From a virus (Duplodnaviria; Caudoviricetes): 64,000 nt of DNA. The stretch lies in IMG/VR virus record IMGVR_UViG_3300021514_000002, positions 64,001-128,000 of that record. One strand, 5' to 3'. The notes beneath the pieces are model-generated. The model was given only the letters and a program-made list of their open reading frames with translations. It did no database searches and was not told the origin of the DNA. Below, one piece after another: positions 35,919-47,362 of the stretch; position 1 is the first letter of the stretch, and each line of letters starts with the position of its first letter. A program made the translations under genes and the position numbers.

Positions 35919-37874
35919 TTAAATTCCAATCATTTCTTTAAATTCGTCAATTCCAACAATGCGCGTTCCATTGTCACGCGCTTTTTTAACCTTGCCTGAA
36001 TTACTATTAGGATCTTTACAAATAAGCATAGTAGTCTTACCACTAACGCCACTTTGTACTTCACCGCCCAATTCTTCAATCTTAGCCCCCATGTCTTTAT
36101 CACGGAAACCAGTCATGCAAATCTTTTCACCTAACAAGATGGCATTCAAACTAACAGCTTTATCTTCCGCTATAGTAATGAATTCGTTTACATTTGCAAA
36201 GAAGTCTATGAATCTACTAATAACCATCACTGCTTGTTCTGCAGTTTTTGTATCAAATCCATCAACACTGGTAATAACATCAGGATCGTTACATTTGTAC
36301 AACCCATCGCGACCAAATGCCGTTTGTAATTTTTTCATTCTACGAACACCAATCCCGCGTTGATTTGATATTGCGCCCATGATTTTATACAGTGGAATAT
36401 TTGTTAGTTTTTCATGAAGACCATTGAATACTTTTGTACCATTCTTACCAAGAATATTTACCAATTCAGTTTCTGTGGCTGTAATAATACGAATAACATC
36501 GTACCCTTTGTTGTGAAGTTTTTCAATATTGCCCAATTTTAATAATGGGGCGTCAACTTTTTCAAAGAACCTAGTCATGCGCTTAATTGCAACAATGGGT
36601 AGGTCTTCTGGATTATCGAGAATCGCATCAACTTCATCACCATCGTCGTTTACGCTCCAATGCCATGGGTATTCGTCCGTTGGCATTTGTGGCTTGATGG
36701 CAGCGGTGACGACCCCCATGATGAATGGGATTACATCTCCAGACCTTGTAACGCGCAGTACCGCGCCAGGTCCAATATTGTTTGATTCAATAAATTTAGC
36801 GTTGAAGCCAGTTGCCCAACTAACAGTAACACCGCCCATTTCGGTTGGTTTAAGGTTAATACGAGGCTTCCAATATCCATGACTTGATGCATTATATTCA
36901 ACATCAATCACAGGAATTTCCATGATATTATCGGCAGATGTAATCTTATATTTAACCGTAAATGCGGGATTTAATGTGTCCCGTGTTGGATTCATTTCTG
37001 CACGCTTTGCTGCACTAACAACGTCCAATACAATGCCATCAATTTCATAAGGGGAATCTTGTTTACGTAATTTAAGCAGATTGGTTAATTTTTCATCAGT
37101 ACAATCTTTACCATCATATACAATATAATATGGGACTTCAAATCCTAATTTTTCAAGTTTTTTAAATTGTTCTACCTTAGATAATGTACTGCCTACGATT
37201 TCGTAAGCCACGAATTTAACAAAATCATAAATTTCTGGATCTTTTTCTTCTGCATTCATCACACCCGCAACCATGTTACGCGGGTTTTTGTATCGTTTAC
37301 CGTCTTTGCGGGTAAAAGTATTCCGCAAGTAAGGGAATGAAGCAAATTCAAAAATATTTTCGCCACGAACTGTGATTGTTTCTGTAATATCAGGAAGGTT
37401 TTTTGGCACCGAGCGCATTTTACGCATATGTCTGGAAATATCTGCACCTTCAACACCGTCACCACGACTATATGCAATTTGAAATTCACCGGTATTATCA
37501 AATACTATCATTCCACTGGTACCATCCAGTTTATCAGAAATAGCAATTTTTTCATCATTAAGCTTCCAATCCGATAACCATTTAGCCATGTCACCGACAT
37601 ATATTTGGTCAAGTGAACCCATGGTAAACGGTAGTTTTATTTTTTCGCCACGAACATCACTTCCAACACCAGTGAAGAATTTGTCGGATGGAACTTGTGC
37701 ATACACGAATTGGTACAAGAAATCATATTGCGCGTCTATCAGATACGATCCATTATCATCAATTTCATATAAGGTATTACACTCAACCAATATGTTCAAT
37801 AATGTTGATATATCCACTTCGTCAAAAGTTTGATCTGCAAATAAAGATAATGCTATTTTTTCGTATTTGTTCAT
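35919..37874 (-). CDS. ligA: NAD-dependent DNA ligase with BRCT domain
   Basis: MGSLDQ, SDKLDG, SRGDG, VRGE, NPRN, IDGIV, TRSGDVIP, BRCT with GKVKKA; start at MNKYEK. Confidence 0.95.
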   Translation of the reverse strand: MNKYEKIALSLFADQTFDEVDISTLLNILVECNTLYEIDDNGSYLIDAQYDFLYQFVYAQVPSDKFFTGVGSDVRGEKIKLPFTMGSLDQIYVGDMAKWLSDWKLNDEKIAISDKLDGTSGMIVFDNTGEFQIAYSRGDGVEGADISRHMRKMRSVPKNLPDITETITVRGENIFEFASFPYLRNTFTRKDGKRYKNPRNMVAGVMNAEEKDPEIYDFVKFVAYEIVGSTLSKVEQFKKLEKLGFEVPYYIVYDGKDCTDEKLTNLLKLRKQDSPYEIDGIVLDVVSAAKRAEMNPTRDTLNPAFTVKYKITSADNIMEIPVIDVEYNASSHGYWKPRINLKPTEMGGVTVSWATGFNAKFIESNNIGPGAVLRVTRSGDVIPFIMGVVTAAIKPQMPTDEYPWHWSVNDDGDEVDAILDNPEDLPIVAIKRMTRFFEKVDAPLLKLGNIEKLHNKGYDVIRIITATETELVNILGKNGTKVFNGLHEKLTNIPLYKIMGAISNQRGIGVRRMKKLQTAFGRDGLYKCNDPDVITSVDGFDTKTAEQAVMVISRFIDFFANVNEFITIAEDKAVSLNAILLGEKICMTGFRDKDMGAKIEELGGEVQSGVSGKTTMLICKDPNSNSGKVKKARDNGTRIVGIDEFKEMIGI

Positions 37875-38009
37875 AAATATCCACCAGTAATAATATTGAT
37901 TCAGTAGGTTCCCTACCCTATTAAGAACATTATATATTAATTGGGTTAAAAAGTCAAGACCTATATTCAATTAACATAAATAGGTGATATCAAAAAGGAT
38001 TTATTAAGA

Positions 38010-38606
38010 ATGTGGACATTTAGAGATTACCTATTAGAAGCTAACCAAACCCCTGAACAAGTCGCACAGACATTATTAAGCCAATGTATGCCATTTGTGA
38101 ACGCAGTGGGTGATGTTGAGTTTGATACTGTCCTTTATCGTGGAACTAATGCGAAAATTGAAGATTTCTTACCGCGTGAACGTACAAAAGCAGGTGGAGT
38201 AACGGGCGAATATTCTGGTGATAGAGGTGAAATGTTACGCAACTATTTTAATTCTACATGTGGCATCAATCTTGATAGTATTATTTTTGCTACTGGTGAT
38301 CCTGCCCTTGCCAAGACATTTGGTAATCCTTACGTTATCTTTCCAATAGGTGCGTTTAAATTTGCATATTCAAAAAGTGGAACGCCCTTACCACATATAA
38401 ACAACGAAAAAGATTTAGCAGCCGCAAAGATTGTATGTGGTATTGCGGACGACGTATCCGACGAAGGAATGCCTAACCAAGATTTCCAAAACGCAATAAG
38501 AAGCCATAACGAAGTATTGGTATATGCTAAGGGTTACTTGCCTATTAGTCTTTTGTTCTGGAAACAGAACGCACAGGCGATTTTAGAAGAACTGTCCTTT
38601 AGATAA
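38010..38606 (+). CDS. Hypothetical late protein (possible head-internal)
   Basis: CATAAATA at 37975-37982; N-terminal FRDYLLEA. Confidence 0.7.
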   Translation: MWTFRDYLLEANQTPEQVAQTLLSQCMPFVNAVGDVEFDTVLYRGTNAKIEDFLPRERTKAGGVTGEYSGDRGEMLRNYFNSTCGINLDSIIFATGDPALAKTFGNPYVIFPIGAFKFAYSKSGTPLPHINNEKDLAAAKIVCGIADDVSDEGMPNQDFQNAIRSHNEVLVYAKGYLPISLLFWKQNAQAILEELSFR

Positions 38607-39045
38607 CGTATTATGCTGCAGTTGGGTTTATTGAACCATCTTGTCCTGGCGCATCAATACCAGCCATACCACCAAATACATCAATAAATGAATTTAGTTT
38701 AGTTGTTTTAGACTTTCGTGGATTGGCTTTCCTTTTCTTAGCTGCTAAAATTTTAACCAACACCAGTTTATCCACCGCTAATATTTCATTTACTGTCATT
38801 TCGATGCCATCCTCATGCCGACTGTTCCCTGATGTGGATCTACTGCCCATCCTGCACGATCTTCGGTAGCCCCAGGATTACCCTTTTTCGCTTTATCTTT
38901 CATAACAATACGAATCTTTTTGGCTTTCTTGGTATTTGTCCCAGTTTTGGGGAATAAATCTTCTACTTTCATGTATTAAATAAGGTTATTACTACCTTGC
39001 CTCTCAAAATATTAACATATGTATTTATTAAGAGAGGTGCAATAG

Positions 39046-39834
39046 TTAAATTTCTATAGTAAGCGTATCATTGAAGTCTTTATTTAAACCATCCTCAACT
39101 TTGTAACCACGTGGATTACAAAGAACACGGGTGTCTCCAATCAGATAATCTGAACTACCATGTGTGTGACCATGCACCCAGATATTTGGTTGTGTTTCCA
39201 TAATATCTTCAAACAATTCAGATGCGTATGCACCATTTAAATCATCATTACGAAATCTTACATTAATAGATTGAAAACTTGGAAGATGATGCGTTACTAC
39301 TACAACTTTCTTACCATTTTCTTTCTGTTTGGTGATTTCGGGGAAGATATACTCTATTGCTTTGTGATGATCTCTCAAGGTATCCGCAGGTTCCAATTTA
39401 CGCTTCCATGCTTCGCCTATAGGTCCAGTACGAATCATTTTGTAATCATTCATCCAATGCCTCGCTTTTTCCATTGTCATTACATTGTAGTTATCGAAAT
39501 TAGTCCACATTGTAGCACACACGAACGCAACGTCATTGATCATAACAGTTTCCTTATCAACAACATAAAGATTTTCATGATCCAAGGTTGCATTCCATAA
39601 TTTCGCTAATGCTGTTGGAAAATTCGCACGGTAATACTCATGGTTGCCTAAAACCCAGATAACATTCTTAAAACGATCACATGTGTTGTTAATGAAGTCG
39701 CGGTAAGTGTAATCTTTTTTTATGAGACCAATGTCACCCGCAAGGACAACAATAGTTTCCTTTTCATTTTCCACTTCTGGAATAAAAAAATATCCAAATT
39801 CGAGATGGATATCGCTTAGAATTAAAATTTTCAT
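39046..39834 (-). CDS. Calcineurin-like metallophosphoesterase
   Basis: SDIHLE, AGDI, GNHEYY, THH, HGHTH, NPRGY. Confidence 0.92.
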   Translation of the reverse strand: MKILILSDIHLEFGYFFIPEVENEKETIVVLAGDIGLIKKDYTYRDFINNTCDRFKNVIWVLGNHEYYRANFPTALAKLWNATLDHENLYVVDKETVMINDVAFVCATMWTNFDNYNVMTMEKARHWMNDYKMIRTGPIGEAWKRKLEPADTLRDHHKAIEYIFPEITKQKENGKKVVVVTHHLPSFQSINVRFRNDDLNGAYASELFEDIMETQPNIWVHGHTHGSSDYLIGDTRVLCNPRGYKVEDGLNKDFNDTLTIEI

Positions 39835-40179
39835 ATGTTTCTCTTAATAAATCCTTAATTTCCTTAGCGTAACATAAAAAACGGCAATATGTACACTAAT
39901 TTCTTAAATTTAGTTAGAAATTGTTAAATTTTTAAACATGCGCGAACTGACTAATAAGAAACATTTGAATATTAACGGGAATATTGGGTAAATTTTTAGA
40001 TTTAAACGTGTCCGCTGCGGTTTCGGAAGAAAAAAGAAGTGCAATTTCTACATCTGTTGTCCACAACATTCGTTTTCCAAAGGAACACTGTTCAACACTA
40101 TACAAATATTTGTCATCCATTCCATATTTAGTTATAACATAAAATAAATTATCATGATCCATGTTACTATATCCTAAAC

Positions 40180-40455
40180 TTACTTTGCGCGAGTTTGTAC
40201 TAGCATAATATCTGTGCGATTATGTAAATGTTTAAGAATAAAAACATTTAAAGTGCGCTCAGACTTAAATGATATTGCGGACTTTTTATTTTTTGTCCAC
40301 GTGATAGTATTATTAACGTCGTCGTAATCCGCAACATAGAATATTTTACTATTTTTTCGTTTACCTATGAACCAAACCAAACTACCAGATTTTTTCCCCG
40401 CTGCTTTCCGTACAAGGTTAATTTTTTTACGGGCAGCTCTACTTTGGTTGGGCAT
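40180..40455 (-). CDS. Hypothetical basic protein
   Basis: ORF in a minus-strand run. Confidence 0.6.
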   Translation of the reverse strand: MPNQSRAARKKINLVRKAAGKKSGSLVWFIGKRKNSKIFYVADYDDVNNTITWTKNKKSAISFKSERTLNVFILKHLHNRTDIMLVQTRAK

Positions 40456-41215
40456 GTTAACTATTTAATAACATAACAGTTGCGGTGGCTATTGTAACTA
40501 CGAATGCAACAATAAATATTCCACCTACAACATGACAAAGTACCCTGTGTGGATGACATCCAGTTTCTTCTGGACATATTTCAGCATAATCTAATGCTTC
40601 TGCTTCTGCGTTCTTTTCTGCGACTGGTGGTTTTGTTTCCATAACTATGCTCCTATAAAACAATATAAAATTAATAAACCCATGAATGTTGCCCAAGTAA
40701 TAACAGAAAACATTTTGAACCATAACATTAGTGGACGAAGATCAACTTTACTAAAACATTTCGCCGCACATTTCAAACTTAACCATATAATGGTAAAGTT
40801 AACGCCAATTATAGTGAATAATATTAAACCAATTTCCCAATCCATAATTATTCCCCTCAAATATATTTAGTAGTATAATTTATCCTAATGTGATTACAGC
40901 ATCATCGAGAGCATTTTCAAATGCAACTTGTGCAATAATAAATTGTTTAGCAGCTTCTGATAATTTTGTATTATCTTCTATCTTTTCAGCACCATAGGCA
41001 AAATCTTCCAACGTATATGGTGCGTACTCGTAATCTACTTTATATTCATCTAATGTCATGATCTTTTACCTTTTATCTCATCATACCATACAGAAATGCC
41101 ACATATTATAAGGCCACATATCCCACAAAGTATGAAAGTTATACCCAATGTGATTGGCCAAAAAATAATACAACAAATTACAAAATATCCAAAATAGACA
41201 GGAACTCCTATTATT

Positions 41216-41812
41216 TTAAGAAATAAGAGAATTAATCCCAATACCATTCCGTAATTTATTGATTCCTTCTTTTGCCAATTGCCCATGATTGTCATTATAA
41301 CCCCATCTTAATTCAACTATATTGCCCATGTTACTGAAAACATTGGCAAAGATTTCTGGATAATTACCAAAGTAAAATATTGCAGAAGGTCTAGTATTTT
41401 GTTTCGCTTCTGGATTTTCACCACCAGATACGAACTGGATACGCCGTTGTACTAAACAACAAACTGCACAATTACTAAGATAATCATTAAAATAGCCAGT
41501 GTCTACGTTAGCACCAACAAGTACAATACTTTCTATTATATTTAATTTCTTTCTTTCAGTTATAAATTTATTACACCAAATTTTGGAATTAGAAGCCCCA
41601 TATGGGGGATTCATGAATATTCTACCTTTCCATGGACTATTAAGACCATCATCCTGTTCAGTATAGTGCATACTTGCAGGGACGGTTTTATCAGGATTGG
41701 CACATGGATCTAAGTCTATTCCACCTAAGACTTTAACAACCATGTCCAGTATATATTTTGGGGTATACCATTCTACGCTTTCTGATGATAAGTATTTAGC
41801 CTGTTCTTTCAT
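41216..41812 (-). CDS. Phage DNA N6-adenine methyltransferase
   Basis: EWYTP, DLDPCA, FMNPPYG. Confidence 0.88.
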   Translation of the reverse strand: MKEQAKYLSSESVEWYTPKYILDMVVKVLGGIDLDPCANPDKTVPASMHYTEQDDGLNSPWKGRIFMNPPYGASNSKIWCNKFITERKKLNIIESIVLVGANVDTGYFNDYLSNCAVCCLVQRRIQFVSGGENPEAKQNTRPSAIFYFGNYPEIFANVFSNMGNIVELRWGYNDNHGQLAKEGINKLRNGIGINSLIS

Positions 41813-42084
41813 ATTTTCTCTTTTTTATTTTTATTATGTTATTAATTTAATTATATTGTGTTCTGGCATACGATCCGCACTTAATATTTTTTCGACAACT
41901 TCTCTTTTTGTCCAACCTATACAGATTGATTTATTTCTAATCCAGATACATTCTGTTCTTTCAGGCGCAATATCGTAATCGAAAAGATACCACCCTATTT
42001 TATCCTTATGTTCGATAACAAATAAAGTATCTCCGTTACCGAGCGCACGAGCTACTAAGCCTTCGTTCAAACTTTGTAAATATG

Positions 42085-42632
42085 TCATTCTTCTTCCATT
42101 AATAGTTTCAGGTTTTTTAGCGTTCTTTCTTCAAGTTGGCGAATTCGTTCCATAGAAACCCCATACTTTTCAGAAAGATCTTTTAATGTGAGGGGAATAT
42201 CTATGAATTTCCGCCAGTGATTTGCATTTTTCGTAAATTGAAAAATAGCTTACGTTGTGGTTTTGTAGTAGCAACTTTTGATATCTTCCAATTATTCACA
42301 ACATATTCATATATTTCAGCCTTAATATAATGGACGGCATATGAAGTCAATTTTCCTTTATCTGGCTCAAACCGATGAACAGCTTTCATTAAACCAACGT
42401 TACCTTCTTGGATTAAATCTTCCAATGGTAAACCATAGTTTACGTATTTTTTAGCAATATAGACGACAAATCGTAAATGCGCTAAGACCATTTTCTGTGC
42501 TGCATCTAAGTCGTCATTATATATAAGACGATTCGCAAGTTCAACTTCTTCTTCCCTTGTCAACATAGGAATTTGTCCCAATGACGCCAAATAAGAACTT
42601 AAATTTCCTGTCGTGGTTAATCCTGTATTCAT
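42085..42632 (-). pseudogene. rpoH: RpoH (sigma32)-like gene, region 3 missing and region 4.2 in the -1 frame
   Basis: Regions 1.2-2 and the RpoH box [10 protein letters not shown] in 42632-42201; TLKDLSEKYGVSMERIRQLE in the -1 frame ending at 42085. Confidence 0.75.
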
Positions 42633-42984
42633 TTAATCCTCAACTAATCGATGTTGTATTACAAATTCACTACCAAAAGAAGTGACAAATTGCAATACAT
42701 TGGGTTTTTCGACGCGAATCGCACCATATTGCACATCAAATCCACAACTAAAGTCTTCGCCTATGATTGCGAAGTATGCAGAATCGTTGCCATTGGGTTC
42801 AAGTGTTATGTCTGTAATACGTGTTGAGGTTGTTTCATCCAAATCAATTTCGGTGAGTATTCCGCCAATCCACTTGCTTTTATTATCAATAAATCCATTC
42901 CACATTGGATATGTTTTGCCGTTTATTTCTTTCATTTGTTCTACCTATTAATTTCAAAGTCAAAATATACAGTATTCTGACCTA

Positions 42985-43027
42985 TATGTCAAGTCTAACA
43001 TGCCTTTGTGTTAGAACTCTTGACATA
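42985..43027. repeat. Inverted repeat at a strand switch, carrying back-to-back TTGACA hexamers
   Basis: tatgtcaag-tctaaca...tgttaga...cttgacata. Confidence 0.65.
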
Positions 43028-43101
43028 GCGTTTGGTTTCTGTTAGGGTAATAAAGTTAGTAAAATATATTGTAACATTATCACAACATAAGGTATAAACA
43101 A

Positions 43102-43635
43102 ATGACTAAAAAGAAAGATATTAAATGGAAATACATGAAGTTAGACGGTGCATTAAACCGTAACTATAAAGTTTCAGATCAAGGCGACATCGTTGCTTCT
43201 ACAACAATGAAACCATTAACCCAGAGCGACATGGGTAAAAAATGTGCAAAGAATGGCACAGATTACAAGAGTGTAAGTATTGTAGGCCGTAAAAATGGAG
43301 TTCGAGTTCACCGTATCGTGTGTGAAACTTTCCGTGGTGCTCCAAAGGGCGATAGAACCCAAGTTGGCCATCTTGACGAACACAAAGATAACAACGCGTT
43401 ATCTAATCTAAAATGGATTTCGCCAACAGAACGCTCCCGCGCTTATTTCGCCAACAACACCCTACCACGTTACACAACCGCTGTTGTTGTCCGTACTAAA
43501 AAGATGATCAACAAAGGTTTAACAAACGATAAAATTGCCCAAAAAACAGGCATGAGCGATTCTAACGTATCTGCGATTAAATTAGGCATCATCCATTCAG
43601 AAGTTAAACCATATACATCAAACCAGTTCGGTTAA
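43102..43635 (+). CDS. HNH endonuclease (NUMOD4/HNH_3 type) with C-terminal HTH
   Basis: YKVSDQG, VHRIVCETF, HLDEHKDNNALSNLKW. Confidence 0.8.
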   Translation: MTKKKDIKWKYMKLDGALNRNYKVSDQGDIVASTTMKPLTQSDMGKKCAKNGTDYKSVSIVGRKNGVRVHRIVCETFRGAPKGDRTQVGHLDEHKDNNALSNLKWISPTERSRAYFANNTLPRYTTAVVVRTKKMINKGLTNDKIAQKTGMSDSNVSAIKLGIIHSEVKPYTSNQFG

Positions 43636-43965
43636 TATGTTAGCATCGAAAGAAGAATACAAGGATTTGTTAGAAGAAACTAAGGACAAGGATTTGTCCG
43701 CTTTGGATGATACGGTTAAAAATACTGTTTCCAATATCATTTCCCGCGCACGAGAAAGGCGCAGCGATGGCAAGGAAATTTCCGATCCTTTATTGAATAC
43801 ATTAATTGAACAGTTGAGTAAAACAGTTAGGAATCGTAATAACCTTGAACATTTTCTTGAAAGTATCGCATGGTATGAAGAATATACTAGAAATAGGTAA
43901 TTAAAAGCTTGCATTTTACAAATATTTAGGTTACAATGGTGTATATTTGATAATTAGGATATTTT

Positions 43966-44982
43966 ATGAAACTTTTAACACACATCGGACTCATCTTACT
44001 GTTACTATGTAATGTAGCAACTGCCGAAGAATTTTCAATTGGTATTAAAGAAGCTAAACCCCTTGCTTATCAGGAAAACGGACAATGGAAAGGTATTAGT
44101 GTTGATTTAATTCAAGAACTTTCCAAAGAAATGAATTTTACTTATAAGTTCGTTTCCGTTAATAACATTACATCTTTAATAGATGCATCATCTAATGGTG
44201 CTGTTGATATGTCAATCGCTGCAATATCATTAACCCCTGAACGCGAAGAAGTTATTGATTTCTCGCACAAATACTTTACCACATCCATTGGTATCCTATC
44301 GAATGTAAATGATTCTTGGATAGACACTATATTATGGGTAATATCAAGGGTTGCATTAATTTTAATCGGATTTATTATCTCACTTTATGTAGTAGGCTAT
44401 ATCATTGATAAGGTTGATGGTAATGCCAATATTAAATCGCCACATGATGGTGCATGGTGGGCATTAGTAACTTTTACTACAACAGGGTATGGTGATGTTG
44501 TTCCGAAGACGAGCGCAGGTAAAGTCCTTGCGTCCATTTGGATGATAGCCAGTTTATTTTTATTATCAGCGTTTACAGGTTACGTGGCATCGGTTTTAAC
44601 TGTTAAAAATTTAACTGATACGCCAATGACACTTTCCACTCTATATAACGCTAACGTAGTTGCCGTTAACGGCTCTACTGGCCAACAGCGACTAAATGCT
44701 CTTGGTATTAAACACATTACGGTACCTGATCTTGAAATGGGATTAGAATTATTTAAATCTGGCAAAGTAAATGCCGTAGTACATGATGATACTATGTTAA
44801 ATTATGCAGCAAAATCAATGGATAATGTTCTAGTATCGTCTATCGCTAATAGCGAAGAAGATTATGCAATTACATTACCACCAAATTCCAAGTTGACACG
44901 CCGTGTTAATTTAGGTATACTACGCGTTCTTGCTTCCCCTACGTGGAAAGCGATTCGTTCACAATATAACGTCCTACAATAG
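43966..44982 (+). CDS. GluR0-like ligand-gated potassium channel
   Basis: Signal peptide, solute-binding halves flanking TM-pore-TM, with WWALVTFTTTGYGD filter. Confidence 0.88.
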   Translation: MKLLTHIGLILLLLCNVATAEEFSIGIKEAKPLAYQENGQWKGISVDLIQELSKEMNFTYKFVSVNNITSLIDASSNGAVDMSIAAISLTPEREEVIDFSHKYFTTSIGILSNVNDSWIDTILWVISRVALILIGFIISLYVVGYIIDKVDGNANIKSPHDGAWWALVTFTTTGYGDVVPKTSAGKVLASIWMIASLFLLSAFTGYVASVLTVKNLTDTPMTLSTLYNANVVAVNGSTGQQRLNALGIKHITVPDLEMGLELFKSGKVNAVVHDDTMLNYAAKSMDNVLVSSIANSEEDYAITLPPNSKLTRRVNLGILRVLASPTWKAIRSQYNVLQ

Positions 44983-44992
44983 GAGATACACA

Positions 44993-46672
44993 ATGTTTAA
45001 GAAATTAATCACTACGTTTTTAACAGCGGCCATTGTAATTGGCTTTACTATGCCAATTATGGTTACCGACGCAGGCGCGAAAGGCTTTAGAAGTAGTAGC
45101 AGCTTTTCACGTTCAAGTTTTCGGTCATCAAGTTCCGCAAAAAGTTCTAGAAAGATGTTTTCATCATATAGATCAAAATCAAACAATTCATCAAAGAAAC
45201 GCTTTTCTACATCAAAAGCAAAATCAACTTCTTCTTCAAATAAGAAGTATGCCACCAATAAGCGCGTTTCCAGTAATAAATTTACAGGAAATAAACAGAC
45301 TTCTGGTTATAAAAAAGTAGGGGCTGGAAAACAAACCCGCCGAGCTAAATCAGCCTTACGATCACAACGTGCCAAGTTTAAGAAGCCTTCTTATAGTTCA
45401 ACAGGTAAAATATCATCTGCCAAATATAAGCAATCTTATGGTAACCGTGCGTCATATCGTCGCGCTTCAAGCTATGATCGTAGCACCTATCATACCCGCC
45501 GTAACCAATATTATGGAGGTTATAGTGCACCTAGATACGCGTATTATGGTTCACCGTCGTATGGTATGTGGGATACAATTTTCTTGTACAGTATGTTAAG
45601 TAGCATGAACAATAATAGTAACGCTTCACAATTCGCATATAATCATCAAAACGATGCTGACTATCGTCAATGGCGTCGTGAAGCTAATAAACAAGCGCAA
45701 GAAAATGCTGAACTTCGTGCACAACTTGCACAAATGGATGCAGGTGCTTCTAAATATAAAGGTAACCCAATCAATGCAGATTTCATCCCTACTGGGGTTG
45801 ATGCCGATGTTGCTATGTCGCAAGAAGTACTTGCTTCACAGAAACCAAACTTACGTGTTTGTGTAGGTAGTAAGAATGGTACATACTTCCGTGTAACGGC
45901 AGGCGTATTAATGCAGGGCATTAATTCTGTTAATATTATTCCTGTTATAACCACAGGTACTGGTGAAATTCTTGATAACGTTGCATCTGGTAAGTGTGAT
46001 GCGGGTTTTGTGCAAGCTGATGGTTACTGGAACTATGTTGAAACAAACCAAGTCACTTCATTACCATTTGAACGCGTTAGTTCACCTTATAAAGAAGCGG
46101 TTCATTTAATTTGTAACGCAAAAGGTCCAACTGCAATTAGCAAACTTTCTTCAAAGAATAAAGTTTGGTTCCCTGCTAAGTCAGGTGCTGCTGAAACATG
46201 GAAGAACTTCATTGGTGAAGACTCTGACTATGGAAAGATCCAAACTGTGTTAACAAACAAGTCTATGACTGTTGGTTCATATGAAGAAGCTATCATGAAA
46301 GTTGGCAATGATAAAAATTCTTGTGCAATGTATGTTGGTGCACCAGGCGCTTCTAAATTAGTACGTAATATCGATGCAGCGGCAAAGAAATCAAATCTCG
46401 TATTGATTGATATTAACGACAATGACCTAAATGATACTACCGATCCATCAGGTTCATCAGTTTATAAATTTGGTGACATTGATGCGTATAAGCAATTGAA
46501 CCGTCAAGCAAGTTGTTATGGTTGGTGTTCAGGTGATATCCAAAGTCTTTATGTTAATGCTGATTTCATTGTATCCAATAAGTGGAAGAAAGTTAACAGT
46601 ACTACATATCCATCATTAGCAGTTGACCTAATGGGTATGCAACCTGAAATTGAAACTGCAATTCGTTATTAA
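44993..46672 (+). CDS. Exported protein: Ser/Arg/Lys-rich region fused to a TAXI/TRAP-type solute-binding domain
   Basis: Hydrophobic N-terminus; low-complexity basic region; GSKNGTY, TTGTGEIL, GFVQAD, YKEAVHL. Confidence 0.7.
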   Translation: MFKKLITTFLTAAIVIGFTMPIMVTDAGAKGFRSSSSFSRSSFRSSSSAKSSRKMFSSYRSKSNNSSKKRFSTSKAKSTSSSNKKYATNKRVSSNKFTGNKQTSGYKKVGAGKQTRRAKSALRSQRAKFKKPSYSSTGKISSAKYKQSYGNRASYRRASSYDRSTYHTRRNQYYGGYSAPRYAYYGSPSYGMWDTIFLYSMLSSMNNNSNASQFAYNHQNDADYRQWRREANKQAQENAELRAQLAQMDAGASKYKGNPINADFIPTGVDADVAMSQEVLASQKPNLRVCVGSKNGTYFRVTAGVLMQGINSVNIIPVITTGTGEILDNVASGKCDAGFVQADGYWNYVETNQVTSLPFERVSSPYKEAVHLICNAKGPTAISKLSSKNKVWFPAKSGAAETWKNFIGEDSDYGKIQTVLTNKSMTVGSYEEAIMKVGNDKNSCAMYVGAPGASKLVRNIDAAAKKSNLVLIDINDNDLNDTTDPSGSSVYKFGDIDAYKQLNRQASCYGWCSGDIQSLYVNADFIVSNKWKKVNSTTYPSLAVDLMGMQPEIETAIRY

Positions 46673-46681
46673 GGAAATATA

Positions 46682-47350
46682 ATGTTATCATATTTGAAAA
46701 AGAAACTCGGCATGGAAAAGGAAGTTCCTGCCGCCGAACGGTTTTATTCACCACTAAGGATTGGTTTGCATAGTACTATTGATATGTCTACTGTTGATTG
46801 GTTAATGGCGCAAGAAGGATTGAACAAATCCATGAAGCTTCCCGTACCAACATTTACAATTCTTGCAATCGGTGAATCAGATGTTGATGGTGATACAATA
46901 TACAACATCTACATGATCGATCAAGCCGATGAAGAGTTTATATTACAATTATTTTGTGTAACAAAATCTGGTACAATGAATGTTGTTGAAGCCACTTTGT
47001 TTAAACAAGTTGTAAATATAGTTCCATTGACTGAAAGTGATTGGTCTGAAAACATGGATGCAATTGGATTCAATACTATCGAATTGGATGACAATACATA
47101 CAATAGATTGTGGTCAGAAGATTATGATGGTAAAATTGATTTAATTGACTTTAATGAGAAAGTTGTTGAATCTGATAAGATAACAAGTTATACTAACCAC
47201 TACATGCTGTACAGCAGAAAGTTCATTGGTATTACTGGTACAGAAGAAACAGAAATGCTGCTCGCTGGTGTTGAAGAAACAGACGAAACAGCTGAAATCA
47301 CGATGATGTTGGGACTACCTGTTCCATTGTCAAATATTAATATACAATAA
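46682..47350 (+). CDS. YjfK/DUF2491-like protein
   Basis: SPLRIGLHS N-terminus and LG.PVPLSNI C-terminus match my recollection of E. coli YjfK. Confidence 0.65.
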   Translation: MLSYLKKKLGMEKEVPAAERFYSPLRIGLHSTIDMSTVDWLMAQEGLNKSMKLPVPTFTILAIGESDVDGDTIYNIYMIDQADEEFILQLFCVTKSGTMNVVEATLFKQVVNIVPLTESDWSENMDAIGFNTIELDDNTYNRLWSEDYDGKIDLIDFNEKVVESDKITSYTNHYMLYSRKFIGITGTEETEMLLAGVEETDETAEITMMLGLPVPLSNINIQ

Positions 47351-47362
47351 AGGATACAAATT

